Assembly (NCBI RefSeq): GCF_018977255.1
Contig: NW_024704743.1
Coordinates: 28,708,001-28,772,000 of the forward strand
DNA: 64,000 nt
Reading direction: 5' to 3'
Source: Callorhinchus milii
Taxonomy: Eukaryota
Shown: positions 40,061-52,186 of the stretch, piece after piece
How the letters are laid out: every line of letters starts with the position of its first letter
Position numbering within the stretch: position 1 is the stretch's first letter
The notes under the pieces: generated by a model
Database searches by the model: none
What the model was told of the DNA's origin: nothing
The model's input: the letters and a program-made list of their open reading frames with translations, nothing else
Position numbers and translations under genes: made by a program

Positions 40061-41084
40061 TGTTACAATAGTTAGTAGGGTAGAACACAAGTCACAGTCT
40101 ACAATAGTGGAGTTCTACAAAGCATTCGTACACCTCCACATTGAATATTGTGCACATTTCTGGCGCCTGTACTTTAGAAGTGGCATTCTATCTATATCTT
40201 CACACATACTTTACACTTGTGGAACAATTGGGGTAGGAATCCTAGCTTATTTTCTCCTTCCAACTGGGCACACTGGCGCCTAATGTAATAGACACTCTAG
40301 ACTCAACTGAGGTCTGCAAATTCAGCTGAGACGAGGAACTGAATCTGGACCTTTTTGGTTTGTGTGGCTCTTGGAAATTTTGACAGTACAGCTCAACATT
40401 GCAGTATCTTCTTTTTTTTTCTTTTTTGCCTCTAAAGGTGGTAGGATGGTCACTTTGCAGTGATATTCCACACACAAGCAAAACCCTTAAAAGTTATTAT
40501 TGCAATCGCTGCTACTGACATGATGATAGCTGAGACCGGGAGATGTGCCTGAATATGAAGTAAATTTGCTTCTGATCATTTTCTAGGTTCAACGATCATA
40601 AAAATAAATTTCCACCATTCCTCATGGAGCTGGTGTTGACTCTTTGCATTTTGGAGACAGAGGTAATGGGAGATCCAGCTCCGAGAGGAAGCAAGGATAA
40701 TTTGGCGCTGGGAAATTCGGGAACCTTTCATTCCAGGTTACAGATGAGTGAGAAAGCTCTATTTGGATATAGGTTTGTTGCCACATTTTTTTTTGAAGTG
40801 TGTTTTTTCCACTAATAATCGAATTGGCACATAATCTTTAATCATAAAACAATCCGAACAGTAGGTTAACCATCGCCCACTCGATCCAACAGCCATTCAT
40901 TCCTCACTGTAGCCAGAGGCGAGTTCTCGTCTGGCTTGTCAATACCAGTAAAATGCCCCAGCATCACTGGCCTGGCCTTCTGAAGTTATCACAGAAAATC
41001 TAGTGGGTAGAAATGAAACTCCCATGCCAAACCACTGCATGTTATGCAAACCTGTGCGTGTGTGGTTACTCTTCTGTTGTAGCT

Positions 41085-41300
41085 GTGTTTGTAACGGAGG
41101 GAGATTGTTTGTAACGGAGGGGGGTGTTTGTAGCAGAGGGGGGTATTTGTACTGGAGGGGGATGTTTGTAATGGAGGTTTTTTTTGTAATGGAGGGGGTG
41201 TTTGTAATGGAATTGTAGTGGTTGTAACGGAGGAGGGTGTCCGTAATGGGGGAGGGTGTTTATAATGAAGGAGATGCTTATAACGGAGGGAGTGTTTGCA
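41085..41300. repeat. ~19-bp G-rich minisatellite (TGTTTGTAACGGAGGGGGG-like), about 12 degenerate copies
   Basis: Directly visible tandem units. It accounts for the repetitive YKHPPPLQT ORFs. Confidence 0.9.
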
Positions 41301-44300
41301 GCGGATTGCACGGAAAAATTGTGGCCTCACTTTTCTATTGGTCCAGATCATAACATGTTCTTTGTTAAATTAAATTAATTAGCTTTACTATAAACAACTA
41401 ACCCCTTCCTCACACCACCTCCGGATATGTGATATTGTGGGTTCAGAGTTCAACTCTGACGTTTAGGTGAAATCGCAAGGAGCTTTAAGGAAAATATTTT
41501 AATCCTGTAACCAAAGTGGAAACGGAGGCACGGTGGGAGCAGGGTTTTAGGGAGAAACTAGACATTTTTTTATTGCCTCTGAGATTTTTGGGTACTAAAT
41601 GGGCAAAAAAAATTTGGTCACCCAATCTACGGCTGTTTGTGCAACAGTGCTGTGCACAATTGCCCACAAAATATACAGTCAATCCACTTTACAATTTCTG
41701 AAGCGCTTTGAGGCGTCTCAACGATGTGATAAGGCGTTATATCAAATGCAAGGATTATTATAAAGGACAGCAGTTACTTTTTTTTGACTGCCAGTACATT
41801 TATTATCAGCTGTTTTCCCTAAGAGCCGAAGTGACTACACGTAATGTTTTTTTTGTTTAAGTTCTTGTATCAAAGATGGACTGTAAAATCTAGTATCTCT
41901 CTGAATACCTGTGGACACTGTTGACTAAAATTCACTGGAAAATCACTGACCAATTCAGTCTTGATAATTATAACAGTCTTGGAACTAGATAGGAACTGTA
42001 ACTTCTCTGTGAGAAAGTTCTCAATCCTGTAGCATTAATATCATCCATGCATGTGCCCGAGCTAAGCGAGACAGTCGGGTAGAACTTGTCTACTCGGGAC
42101 TGAGTTTGTGACATATTTGCAAAGGAGCATAGGGACCATGGAGTTGTTTCTTGAAATTCCTGCATGCAGCCAGTTCAGATTTCCATTGTGAAATGAGAAA
42201 ATGCAAGGAAAGAGTTTGGATACTCGGGCAGAGCGAGAAAATAATGCAGCTTTATTTCAAATTGTTGTTCCAGGGGCTCAAATATGGCACTGAACTGGTT
42301 GTGTTGCCGCATTTTGCTTCTGTTTCCAAAGGACGCTTGTGGAAAATGGTTCCACACATGTGGAACATCAATGTCATTGGGAAGTAGTGGGATGATGTCA
42401 GATATTCATCCAGAAATTCAGATATTTTTTTCCAGGATCTGAGCTTCCCACATAAAGAGCAAAGGGAATGGGGAAAAAGGCAGTGAAGTGCGTTGGCAAT
42501 GCTGATATGGACAGTGGCATGGATGAGATGAATGAGAGCCAGGATCTGCCAACAATATTGATTTAATAATAATAATCCTTGCATTTGATATAGCGCTTTT
42601 CACGTCTTCCAGACTTCTCAAAGTGGTTCACAGTATATACTGTAAAGTGAATTGATTGTATATTTCTGGGCGAAATTTTGTATTCCCCCAGCAAGAGGCA
42701 ACTACTTCCTTATTGGCGATGGCAGCACTGGAGGGAGAAAGAAAACATGTGCAGGGAGAGGTCAACCACGAGACTCTTCATTGATGCTCTATGCCTGGCT
42801 TCTCATCTGTGGTAAGGACTGACAATCGACATTTCAGATGGTTATCTGACCCACAGTAAACACTATGGGGAGTGGGGTAGAGGAGGAAATAGATAGAAAA
42901 ATAATTTAAGAGAAAAAAGTACATTTGCTTACCAAAAAGGAACAATTCTGTCATTCAGAGTACATCACTGCTGCTGTGGGAGAACTAACTGCAATGAATC
43001 TCATGACATTTTATCACAGCAATGCAGGTGCCAGAGAAAGTGTCCCCACCCCCACACACAAAAAAAATACACTCAGTAAGCCAACCTACAATCTGTTACA
43101 TCACGTGAGCAGCAGCAAGTCAAGTCTTTGCTTGGAAATTCCCTTTGGATGTCAAAATACTTGTCTTAAAGATCACCAGCGCAATAAATAAACCAAACGT
43201 TATCTACAGGCTGCCCCCGACTGCTGCAAGTTACAGTAATAAGGGGCGTCGCACCACAAAACATCCAGTAACACAATAACTCACTCACTGCCCCCAACAC
43301 AGATTAAATATCTCACAGCAACCAAATCATCAAAGTATATGTAATGTTCACGGGTTCATTAAAGGCCTTAAGTGGGTCGGTATGAATAAAAAAGGTAGAC
43401 AGGTTAAAAAAAAAGGTCTTTATAGTGAGCTCATTGTGGTTGAATTAAAAATGTAATGAGATATACACACCATCATCAGGCAGTTTATTAAAAAAAACAG
43501 CAGGCTGATTAAATACTCCACGTTTACACAGGGCAAATGATTTCTCGACCTTCAGGCAGTGTCTCAGAGGGTGACATTAAGTAACTATAACAATGGCTTT
43601 CAACCTGCTGCCTTGACGCCCCCTCCCTCTCTCACACAGTAATCTAGAGACATTTTACAGAAGTTTGCAAGCTGTGCAAACTGTGATCCTGTGATCCAGC
43701 AAGCCAGTTCAGGGAGTTTATCCAATGAGAAACTGAGCCATACAGACCTGTAAAAGTTTGGGTTCCAATGCCATCTCTGTGGACTTTGCCGGGGGTGGGG
43801 GAGGGGGGTGGGGGGTGAGAGAGAGGAAACAACAACAACTTGCACTTATATAGCGTCCTCCACGCAGGGTAGCGCGCTTAACAGTGGCAGAGCCTGACTC
43901 TGGGCCGGGGGGAGGGGGGGAAGAGATGACCGTAATTACGGTCGAAAAGAAAGATTTTCAGGTGGGACTTGAAAAAGGGGAGAGAGGGGATAAGGCGGCA
44001 GAGGGCATTATGCTCACTATAATTGGCTGCAGCAGTCAGATCAGCGAGAGACAAGTCATTCAGGTTTCCTGTTACTCGTCACTATCCAGATTTGCAATAA
44101 ACACAGGATGAGAATAGGATTGGGCTCATCTTGTAATGCTCAGCGCCTGCCCCTGCCCTTACCCTCCCCCATCCCCCTTTGCAGGTGAACCCCCTGCTGA
44201 ACAACATGAAGGCTCACACAGGAAGAATGATAATTTGGATAAGCTACTGGAGAGAAATTGCGTCTAATTTCCTCTACTAGTGATCTGTACACTGTAGAGT

Positions 44301-45524
44301 GTTCCAGGTACAGTTGTTTTGTGCTGCCTTGCTCTGTGGACCTGAGCTAACAGTATATTTGGCTTCCAGCTCTGACGGGCCAGCTTCCCTCTCTAAAAAA
44401 ATGGCCAACTTCTGGTTCATCAGGTCACCGCAGAGTTATTTTGTGTGTGTTTGCGAAGCACAGGAAGCTTTGCTGATGTGACTTTGCAAAGATGTCGGCA
44501 ACGCTTCTTGCACACAGCACATGTGTGCAGAGGTGATGCCATCAATGCCATTTGTGCGTGACAACAGCAGCCATCTGGAAGCTGATCAGTTTTTCACTCT
44601 TTGCTTATAACACTCCCTCTGACATCCTGGACTCAGAAAACCCTGTTAATGAGGTTCCCCTGTGCAGTATTAATAAACCTTGCATTTTATATGGAGCCTC
44701 ATCACATTGTTTAGATGTCTCAAAGAGCTTCACAGGATATACTGTAAATGGAGTGACTGTGTATTTTGTGGGCGAAACCATTCTCATCAAATCCCAAATG
44801 CTCTAAGTGATTTCCAGGATTAATAGTCAGACTGATTTGCAGCATTCAAAATGCACCTATTTAAAATGCATATAGATCATATTTTGTAACAGTCCATCTA
44901 GCTCATCACGTTTGCACTGGTGTTTTTCTTCACACAAGCCACTTAAGTTAATCCCATTCTTCTGCTCAATCCTCATACCTTTTAATATTACTCTTTTCCA
45001 AGCATCTTAATTTGAAAGAATCCACGCCTGCTTCAGCAGAAATTTTACCACATTACCCTGTCATTGACCTGCAAGAATAGGGGTATGTGAATGTGAATGG
45101 GGGATGGGAGAGGGAAATGTAGAGGGTCTAATGGAATGATATGCATAAGCTTTAGATGCAAACCCTAAGTCTTGGTTCATGCATCTTGAATGAAATAGAA
45201 AATCCTAACTTTATGCTCACTACTACAAATTACTGTCTGAATAATATAAAATAATACTAAGGACTGTTAGCAGTCCACTTCAAATGACCTTTATTGAAAA
45301 CTGTGAGTTGCTATATAAAGTAATTTTGGCATGTGAATGACAGGAAGGTTGAATGAGGGAATTACTTTGCAGGTTGGAAAGATATTTATAAGGGACCTTG
45401 AAGCTAATGAATAATTTATGGTTTCATTATGATGCTGAAATACTACACAGCTTCCAAAGGGGAAGCAAAGTGAAGCCATTCCCTTTCACTGCATTAGTCA
45501 TCCTTCTTTCTACATATTAGAAGT

Positions 45525-46765
45525 GAGTCCGGCTTCCACACTGCCCACAGCACGGAAACAGCCCTGGTTAAAGTTACTAATGACATTAATAATAATAATA
45601 ATCCTTGCATTTGATATAGCGCTTTTCACGTCTTCTACATTCTGAACATCTGTGATCAGGGCTCCTCTGCCTCCTTGTCCTCCTCGATCTCTCTGCCTCC
45701 TTCGACACTGTCGACCACTCCATCCTCATAAACCGCCTCTCTGCTTTTCTCAATCTTCGCGGACCTGCCCTTGCCTGGTTCGATTCCTATCTCTCTCAAC
45801 ATCTCCACTTTGTTGCCTCTTACGGTTTCTCCCAGGGCTCTGTCCTTGGCCCTCTCCTCTTTAATAGCTACATGCTCCCCCTTGGTGACATCATCCGCAA
45901 ACATGAGATCAACTTCCATATGTATGCGGATGACACCCAACTCTAACTTTCTGCCCCCACCCTCAACTCCAGGACCACTGCTGTCCTGACAGACTGCCTG
46001 TCAGACATCAAGTCCTGGATGAGGGCAACTTTCCTACAGCTGCAGGTGAACAAGACTGAGGCCCTCCTGATTGGCTCACACCAGCGCCTCTGCATCTCAG
46101 GCTCTGGCAGCATCAACCTCCATGGTTACACACTACAACTCACCGCCAGTCAGGAACCTTGGTGTCTTGTTCGACCCTCAACTGTCTTTTCCCCCCACAT
46201 CCAAGCCATGACCCGCTCTGCCTTCATTCACCTCCGTAACATCGCCCGACTCCGCCACTACCTCAACCCTCAGGCCGCTGAAACTCTTATTGATGCCTTC
46301 ATCACCTCCAGGCTCGACTATGCAAACGCCCTGCTTGTCGGCCTTCCCAACTCCTCCCTCCACAGGCTGCAGATAATCCAGAATTCTGCAGCCCGTGTCC
46401 TCTCCCGCACCAAACTCCGTGAACCCATCTCTCCCACTCTCAGTCGACTCCACTGTCTCCCTATCCTTCAGAGGATCCAGTTCAAGATCCTGGTCCTCAC
46501 ATATAAAGCCCTCCATGGCCTTCAGCCACTCTACCCTCAACCTCTGGAATTCCATCCCCCAGTCACTCCGCCTCGACCCCACCTTAGCCTCCTTCAGGTC
46601 CCGCCTCAAGACCCTCCTCTTTGACCATGCCATCTGCCACCCCCCTTCCCCTCCCCTCCCTTACGCCCCCAACCCCAGCTCGGGTCTGAAATGCTGTACT
46701 CTGTCCAGCGCCTTGGGACGTCCTCCCGACATGAAAGGCTCTATACAAATGTAATCTTGTTGTTG
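45525..46765 (+). mobile_element. L2 LINE, RT domain to 3' end (frameshifted, internally deleted)
   Basis: HSTETALVKVTND, SFDTVDH, QGSVLGP and YADDTQL motifs; ORF 46019..46624; tail ttgggacgtcctcccgacatgaaaggc...(TTG)n. Confidence 0.95.
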
Positions 46766-47655
46766 AAAAAAATAATTTCCTCATGGGGAATTAATAATTT
46801 TCCTCCTTTGCGCAATTGGCTGCTGTGTTTTTTTTGAGCAGGTTTCAAGGATGAAGTGATGATGGCGAGCTAATGACCTGGAAGTCGGCCATTTTACAGG
46901 GAAAAGTTGGGTAGCAATACTGGAAGAGAAGAGTGGCAATTGCAGACATGTGCAAACAGCGAGGTCTACATCCAACTGCATTAGAAGCAAATTTAAAAGG
47001 TCTAACAGAGGTCTTCAACTTCCTGAAAGATTTTGGGAGCGTAGTGAAAGGTCATTTTCCTGAAGCAAAATTCCTGCTTGGAAGTATTCTTTGCGGCAAT
47101 GGTTCCTTGGTGGGCGAGGGAGTGGAAAGCCATAATTGCACTGGCTAATGCACAACCCAATAGGCATGTGTAATATAATAATAATAATCCTTGCATTTGA
47201 TACAGCACCTTATCATGTCATTGAGACATCTCAAAGAGTTTCACAGAATATATTGTAAAGTCAATTAACTTTGTATTTTATGGGTGAAACAAATGCGCAC
47301 AGCAATGTCCCACAAACAGTCGTGGATTGGGAAACCAATTTTATTTTGCAGGGATTATTAACCCTCATCATATACAGTTCTTGGCCTTATGGGCATTGGA
47401 GACCCAAGGTTCAGTGAACACAATGGAGGAATAGCTTAGAAGTACTGAAGAAATTGGTGCTTTTGCTCGGAAGTTAAAATAGAAAAATCAGGATAGAAAA
47501 TACTCTTTCCACTAAAAAGGGAGGAATCAACAAATACAGGCAGTGGTGGATTATCAACATCATAAGGGGCTGTCTGAGATCAGCATCCATAGATTTCAAC
47601 TGAATGCTGCCAATGCTAAATGCTTTACGAAAGAATTGGAGGATTTAATAACAAC

Positions 47656-48075
47656 AATAATAATAATAATAATAATCCTTGCATTTTATATAGTGCTTTA
47701 TCATGTCTCAAAGTGTTTCGCAGGAGATATTGTAAAGAGGATTGACTGCGTATTTTGTGGGTGAAACATGGCGCCAATTGTGCACAACAGTGTCCACAAC
47801 ATCCATGGAGAGAGTGGGCAATTTGGGGGTTAGTTGGCCAAGATACTGGGGGAAACCCCCTTCTCCTTTTGAATAGTGGCATAGGATCTTTAACCTGTAC
47901 AGGCAGACAAGACCTTGGTTTAATGTCTCATCACAAGGACAGTATACCCGACAATTCAACACACCCCACACTGCATTGGAGCTTAGACTATGTGATTCCA
48001 CGTCCTGATGTGGGGATTGAACCCGCAACCTTCTGACTCAGAGGCGAGAGTGCTACCACTGCGCCAGGCTGACGC
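47656..48075 (-). mobile_element. Full-length family B (DeuSINE-type) SINE
   Basis: tRNA-like head (gtcagcctggcgcagtggtagcactctcgcctctgagtcagaaggttgcgggttcaatccc), Deu-like middle (gatgagacattaaaccaaggtc...aaagatcctatgccactattc), shared tail. Confidence 0.9.
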
Positions 48076-48554
48076 ACAATTTGATAATCCTTTTCCAATA
48101 TTCTCCAGTGTAAACAAATGAGCATTATTGGGTGGGGGCAGAGTGATGTCTGAATGATCTTCTTCAAACTTTGTACCTTGATGAAAATCAGTAGGTAAAT
48201 TCGACCACAGATTATTTGTACAATATGCAATTTAAATGAAAAAACACATAAATACATGGACCTACAAGTACTGAGACCTTGTTACAAACCACAAATCTCA
48301 TTTCAATCGGTCTTTTTCATCCTGTAGATAATACTGTACTTGTACTCTAGGATTCAGTTTCAACTTTCACTTGTGATCAGATTGACTTAGTGCACTTATA
48401 GGTCTAAATACAGCAACATTTATTAAGGAGGGATCTTCATCATTTGTAGGTCTTAATTTTTTTAAAAACAACAAGGTTTTGAAGAATTCTGATCAGGGGT
48501 ACAGGATCCATGGAGCAAACACAATTTACATTGTGTGAATGTAGGAGTTGAATG

Positions 48555-48838
48555 TACATTAGTAGGAGGTGGTCCAGCAGGTGAGGGGGGGAAAGGGCAT
48601 CGAGAATGGTGGAGAGGGGGTTGTAGAGGAGAGTGATCAAGGAAGATAAGTCGGTGCGGGAGATAGGCCAGAAGGGGAGAGTTCACACAGCTCCAGAGCA
48701 GTGGAGAGGGAGTGCGGGGAGATTCTTTTCAAGGGGCAGTAGGAGATGGAGGTGGGTTGGGTGGCGGTGGGGAGGGGGATTGAAGGAGAGTTAAGGGAGA
48801 TGAAATGGTGATCTGAGATGGCTTTATCAGTGATTGTG
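48555..48838 (-). mobile_element. Internal L2 ORF2 fragment (end of endonuclease domain, SDH motif, plus linker)
   Basis: ORF 48637..48843 reads ITDKAISDHHFISL...PLKRI, typical of the APE C-terminus of CR1/L2 elements. Confidence 0.7.
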
Positions 48839-48842
48839 TTCA

Positions 48843-49275
48843 AAATTCAAGTTCAAAATTCTTGTCCTTACTTTCAAGGACCTCCATGGCGTTGCCCCCT
48901 CCTACCTCTCTGATCTGCTAACCCCTTATCAACCTGTCCGCTCCCTCCGCTCTGCAGGCTCCGGCCTATTCCATGTGCCCCGCCCGATCCGCCCTACCAT
49001 CGGTATTCGGGCCTTCAACCTCTCTGCCCCCACCCTCTGGAACTCCATCCCACATTCCTTTCTCCTCGCTCCCTCCCTTGCCTCCTTCAAGGCACGCCTC
49101 AAGACCCTTCTCTTCAACAGAGCCTTCGGCCACTGTCCTATACTCTCTGACCTCCACCCTCCCTGATCCTAACCCCCACACCTCCACTCGGGTCCTAATC
49201 CCTGACTGTTCAGCGCCTTGGGACGTCCTACCGACGTGAAAGGCACTTTACAGATGTAATTTTGTATAGTATTGT
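48843..49275 (+). mobile_element. L2 LINE 3' end
   Basis: FKILVLTFKDLHGVAPSYLSDLL...RAFNLSAPTLWNSIP...FKARLKTLLF. Tail cagcgccttgggacgtcctaccgacgtgaaaggc. Confidence 0.95.
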
Positions 49276-50289
49276 ATCAACATGTAGAGCACTTTGTGGC
49301 TTCCACTTACTCCGTTTGTATTTTTAACAATGAACACAGCAAATAATGTTGAACATCATGGTTCAATTTCAGGAACACAGGTTTAAGCAGGACAAATGGG
49401 CTTTGCAATGAAACCAAATTGGAAACTGAATAGTTAACTATAACAACTGAGGTAGTGAATGAGCTTTAAATTCATACAGCACACTGAAACATTAGATCAC
49501 AAGAGTGGTTCCCATGATGAAGGTATTTGATCTTATCCTTCCTGAATACCAGCCCTAAGGTCTTCCCATTCCAACATCAAACTACAATAAGCTTCCCGTA
49601 CCTAGCCGAAACGGACCCGAAACAGAAAAATTGTACAAGATTTCTTCGGGGCTGTTTGTGTGTAGACACTGAGTGCGAGCCACTCTCCCAGCACACCTTC
49701 AGTGGCCAGGGTTATCGATTTTGACTCAGTTTGAATCCCGCAAGCAGAAGGTAACTTATTTGGTATTTCTGCTCACCGGATTCAAATAACTACAGTGACA
49801 GTACTGACATTTACCAACATTTTTCAGCATTTTCCTCACCCCATTGGTCTGGCTAACTGGGGTTTTGTGTATTTCTTACATCAATCTGACCTAAATCAGC
49901 CAGGCAACATATTCCAGCTGTGATTAACCTCCATCTAAAAAAATACTTTGTAGAGTTTGTACTAAATTTGCACTTCACAACCCTGAATCTCTGCCCGCTC
50001 GTTTCGGTGCATCAGAAATTATTCCTGGTGTAGATTTCTCCAACTTGTTAAACACCTCTGAAAAGTCCCTTCGTTCACGTGTTAAGGATCTTAAAGTGCC
50101 TATTTTTTCTTCACTAATGGAGATGGCTGAAATAAATGAGGAAGCAAAGCAACTGCAGTAAAGCTAACATAAGTCGTATCAGTCGGGACCATAGCATTTA
50201 GTATGACTTACGCAAAGGCAAGTTGCAGACAAACTGTATAAATTGTATAAAATTGGATTTAATCAATGTTCTAAACTGCGCAAATATAA

Positions 50290-50530
50290 GAGTGCATGCG
50301 GTGACGGGTCAAGACTACATTTCCAATGATTCAATATGTCTTGACACATCGCCGCATGCGTACTTACTTACGGCAAGCATTGAAATCGCATTTAATCACG
50401 GGAAATTATGTTCCTCTCTGCATGAGTCGACAGATCAAGACTACGTTTCCCATGATTCAATGCAACCGGCTGCTAAGTCCGCATGAGGCTATGGGTCAGG
50501 ACATCAATTTCCCGGGATTCAATGCAGCTG
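50290..50530. promoter_or_regulatory. Cluster of four ZNF143/Staf(SBS)-like motifs in CpG-retaining sequence
   Basis: gactacatttccaatgattcaat (50313), gactacgtttcccatgattcaatgc (50439), gacatcaatttcccgggattcaatgc (50500) and a minus-strand copy at 50388-50412. All resemble ACTACAnTTCCCAnnATGC. Confidence 0.55.
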
Positions 50531-51140
50531 ATAAATGCGAGAATAATGGAGGATAGTGGAATGGCGTTACGAGTTAGGAGATGATTAATACTCAAAGAAA
50601 TCTAAGTGGTTTTGAAAGGAAACTGAATGGGATTCGGGTTCATATACGACTCGGGCAATTATACAATATATAAAGATAAGACATGCAAGTTTTACTGTAA
50701 AACGTCAAATAGGAATATGATAACGCCGCCTTCTATGCCATTTGTGTTAATAACTTTTCCAGAAAATTTTGGGGTAGATGTTCAACTTTCTTGTGTCCAA
50801 TCTGGATTCTGCACTTCAGTACATTAACCTGAACTTCATATCAACCATCAAACACAAGTCTCTCATACTAACGGCTCTTACATTTTGCAACAAACACACC
50901 TGGGACACACAAATTGGCTCCCAAAATTATGATGAGGTTAGACAAACTTCAGAGGACACCTTTTGGATGATCAGTTCCGGGCATCTAAGGGATGGGAGGC
51001 AGAGAGATAACCTTGGACCCTAACTTGCTGTTGTAGTCAGCAAAGCACTGTTGAAACTATTGGTTCCAGGTAAATTACTTCCTGCAGTTAATGCAGAAAT
51101 AGATCATTGTAGTTTGTACAGCATTTCACCCATAACTAGC

Positions 51141-51562
51141 TGTGTCAGCTCGCCTCTGAGTCAGAAGGTTGTGCGTTCAAATCCCATGTCGGGACTTGAA
51201 CTCACATAGTCCAAGTTGACAAACCAATGCAGCCCTAGCCAGGTGTGGCATTGTTGGAGGTGCCGTCCTTCAATGACCTGTTAAACCGAGATCCCATCTG
51301 CCCGTCCAGGTGGACATTAAAGATCCCATGGCACTATTCGAAAAGAGAAAGGAGTTTCTCCTGGTGTCTTGGGCAAAAATCTCCAAAATCAAATTGGTCA
51401 CTCACTCCATGGCTGTTTGTGGGACATTGTTATGTACAATTGTCCTGTGCCTTTGCCCATAAATACACAATCACTTCATTTCACAGTAAATCCTGTGAAG
51501 CGCGTTGAGACTTTCTTGCTACATGATAAGATGCTCTACCAAATGCAGGGATTATTATTATT
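51141..51562 (+). mobile_element. Near full-length family B (DeuSINE-type) SINE
   Basis: ggtgccgtccttc...ttaaaccgag...caggtggacattaaagatcccatggcactattcg, plus shared tail. Confidence 0.92.
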
Positions 51563-52186
51563 CTAACTACAACTGGTGCAACATTAATTCTGGATCTCTC
51601 TAATCTTCTTAACCTCCAGACCAGTTTACCACCCATACTGCCTCATATCTGGCATCACATTTATTAATAAAAAAACGGTTCCAATATAATTGCTTGCCTC
51701 AGTGCCAACGGTGGAAATCTGCAACACGAGTTTATCAAAATTTTATTCAGACACAAATTATTCTCTCGGTTCAGGAAAGAACCAAATGGTTAAAGAATAT
51801 TTTGTTTCTCTTTCAGCAACTGCCAAATCAACTCAATAGGAGAAAAGCAATTATAGACTTCCGTGGGATCGAGGAAGGAGATTTTGCGTAGTGCAGGGAT
51901 GAAAATATCTTGAAAGGATTAATTCCACTCTGGTTAAATTGCCCGATTTACTGATGGTTAGCCAGGTGCAGCACAACATTGTGACATAAGTGAAACAATT
52001 GTGAAAGCAGAAAAAATGAGTGCAGAAGTTGCTCTTTCTCAATACGACTAAATCTTTACTGGTATGAAACAACCCATTATTGCCTATGACTGTTCTAAAC
52101 AAAGTAAAGCCTTGAGAAAAGTCTCTAAACACATCGTCTCTGAAACTGCAAGGCAACCCAAGGCACAAAGCAAATAGTTAGTTAGA

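Noticed and set aside
41085..41300. CRISPR-like array or repetitive protein gene
   Set aside because: No unique spacers, eukaryotic intronic context, and the ORFs are by-products of the minisatellite.
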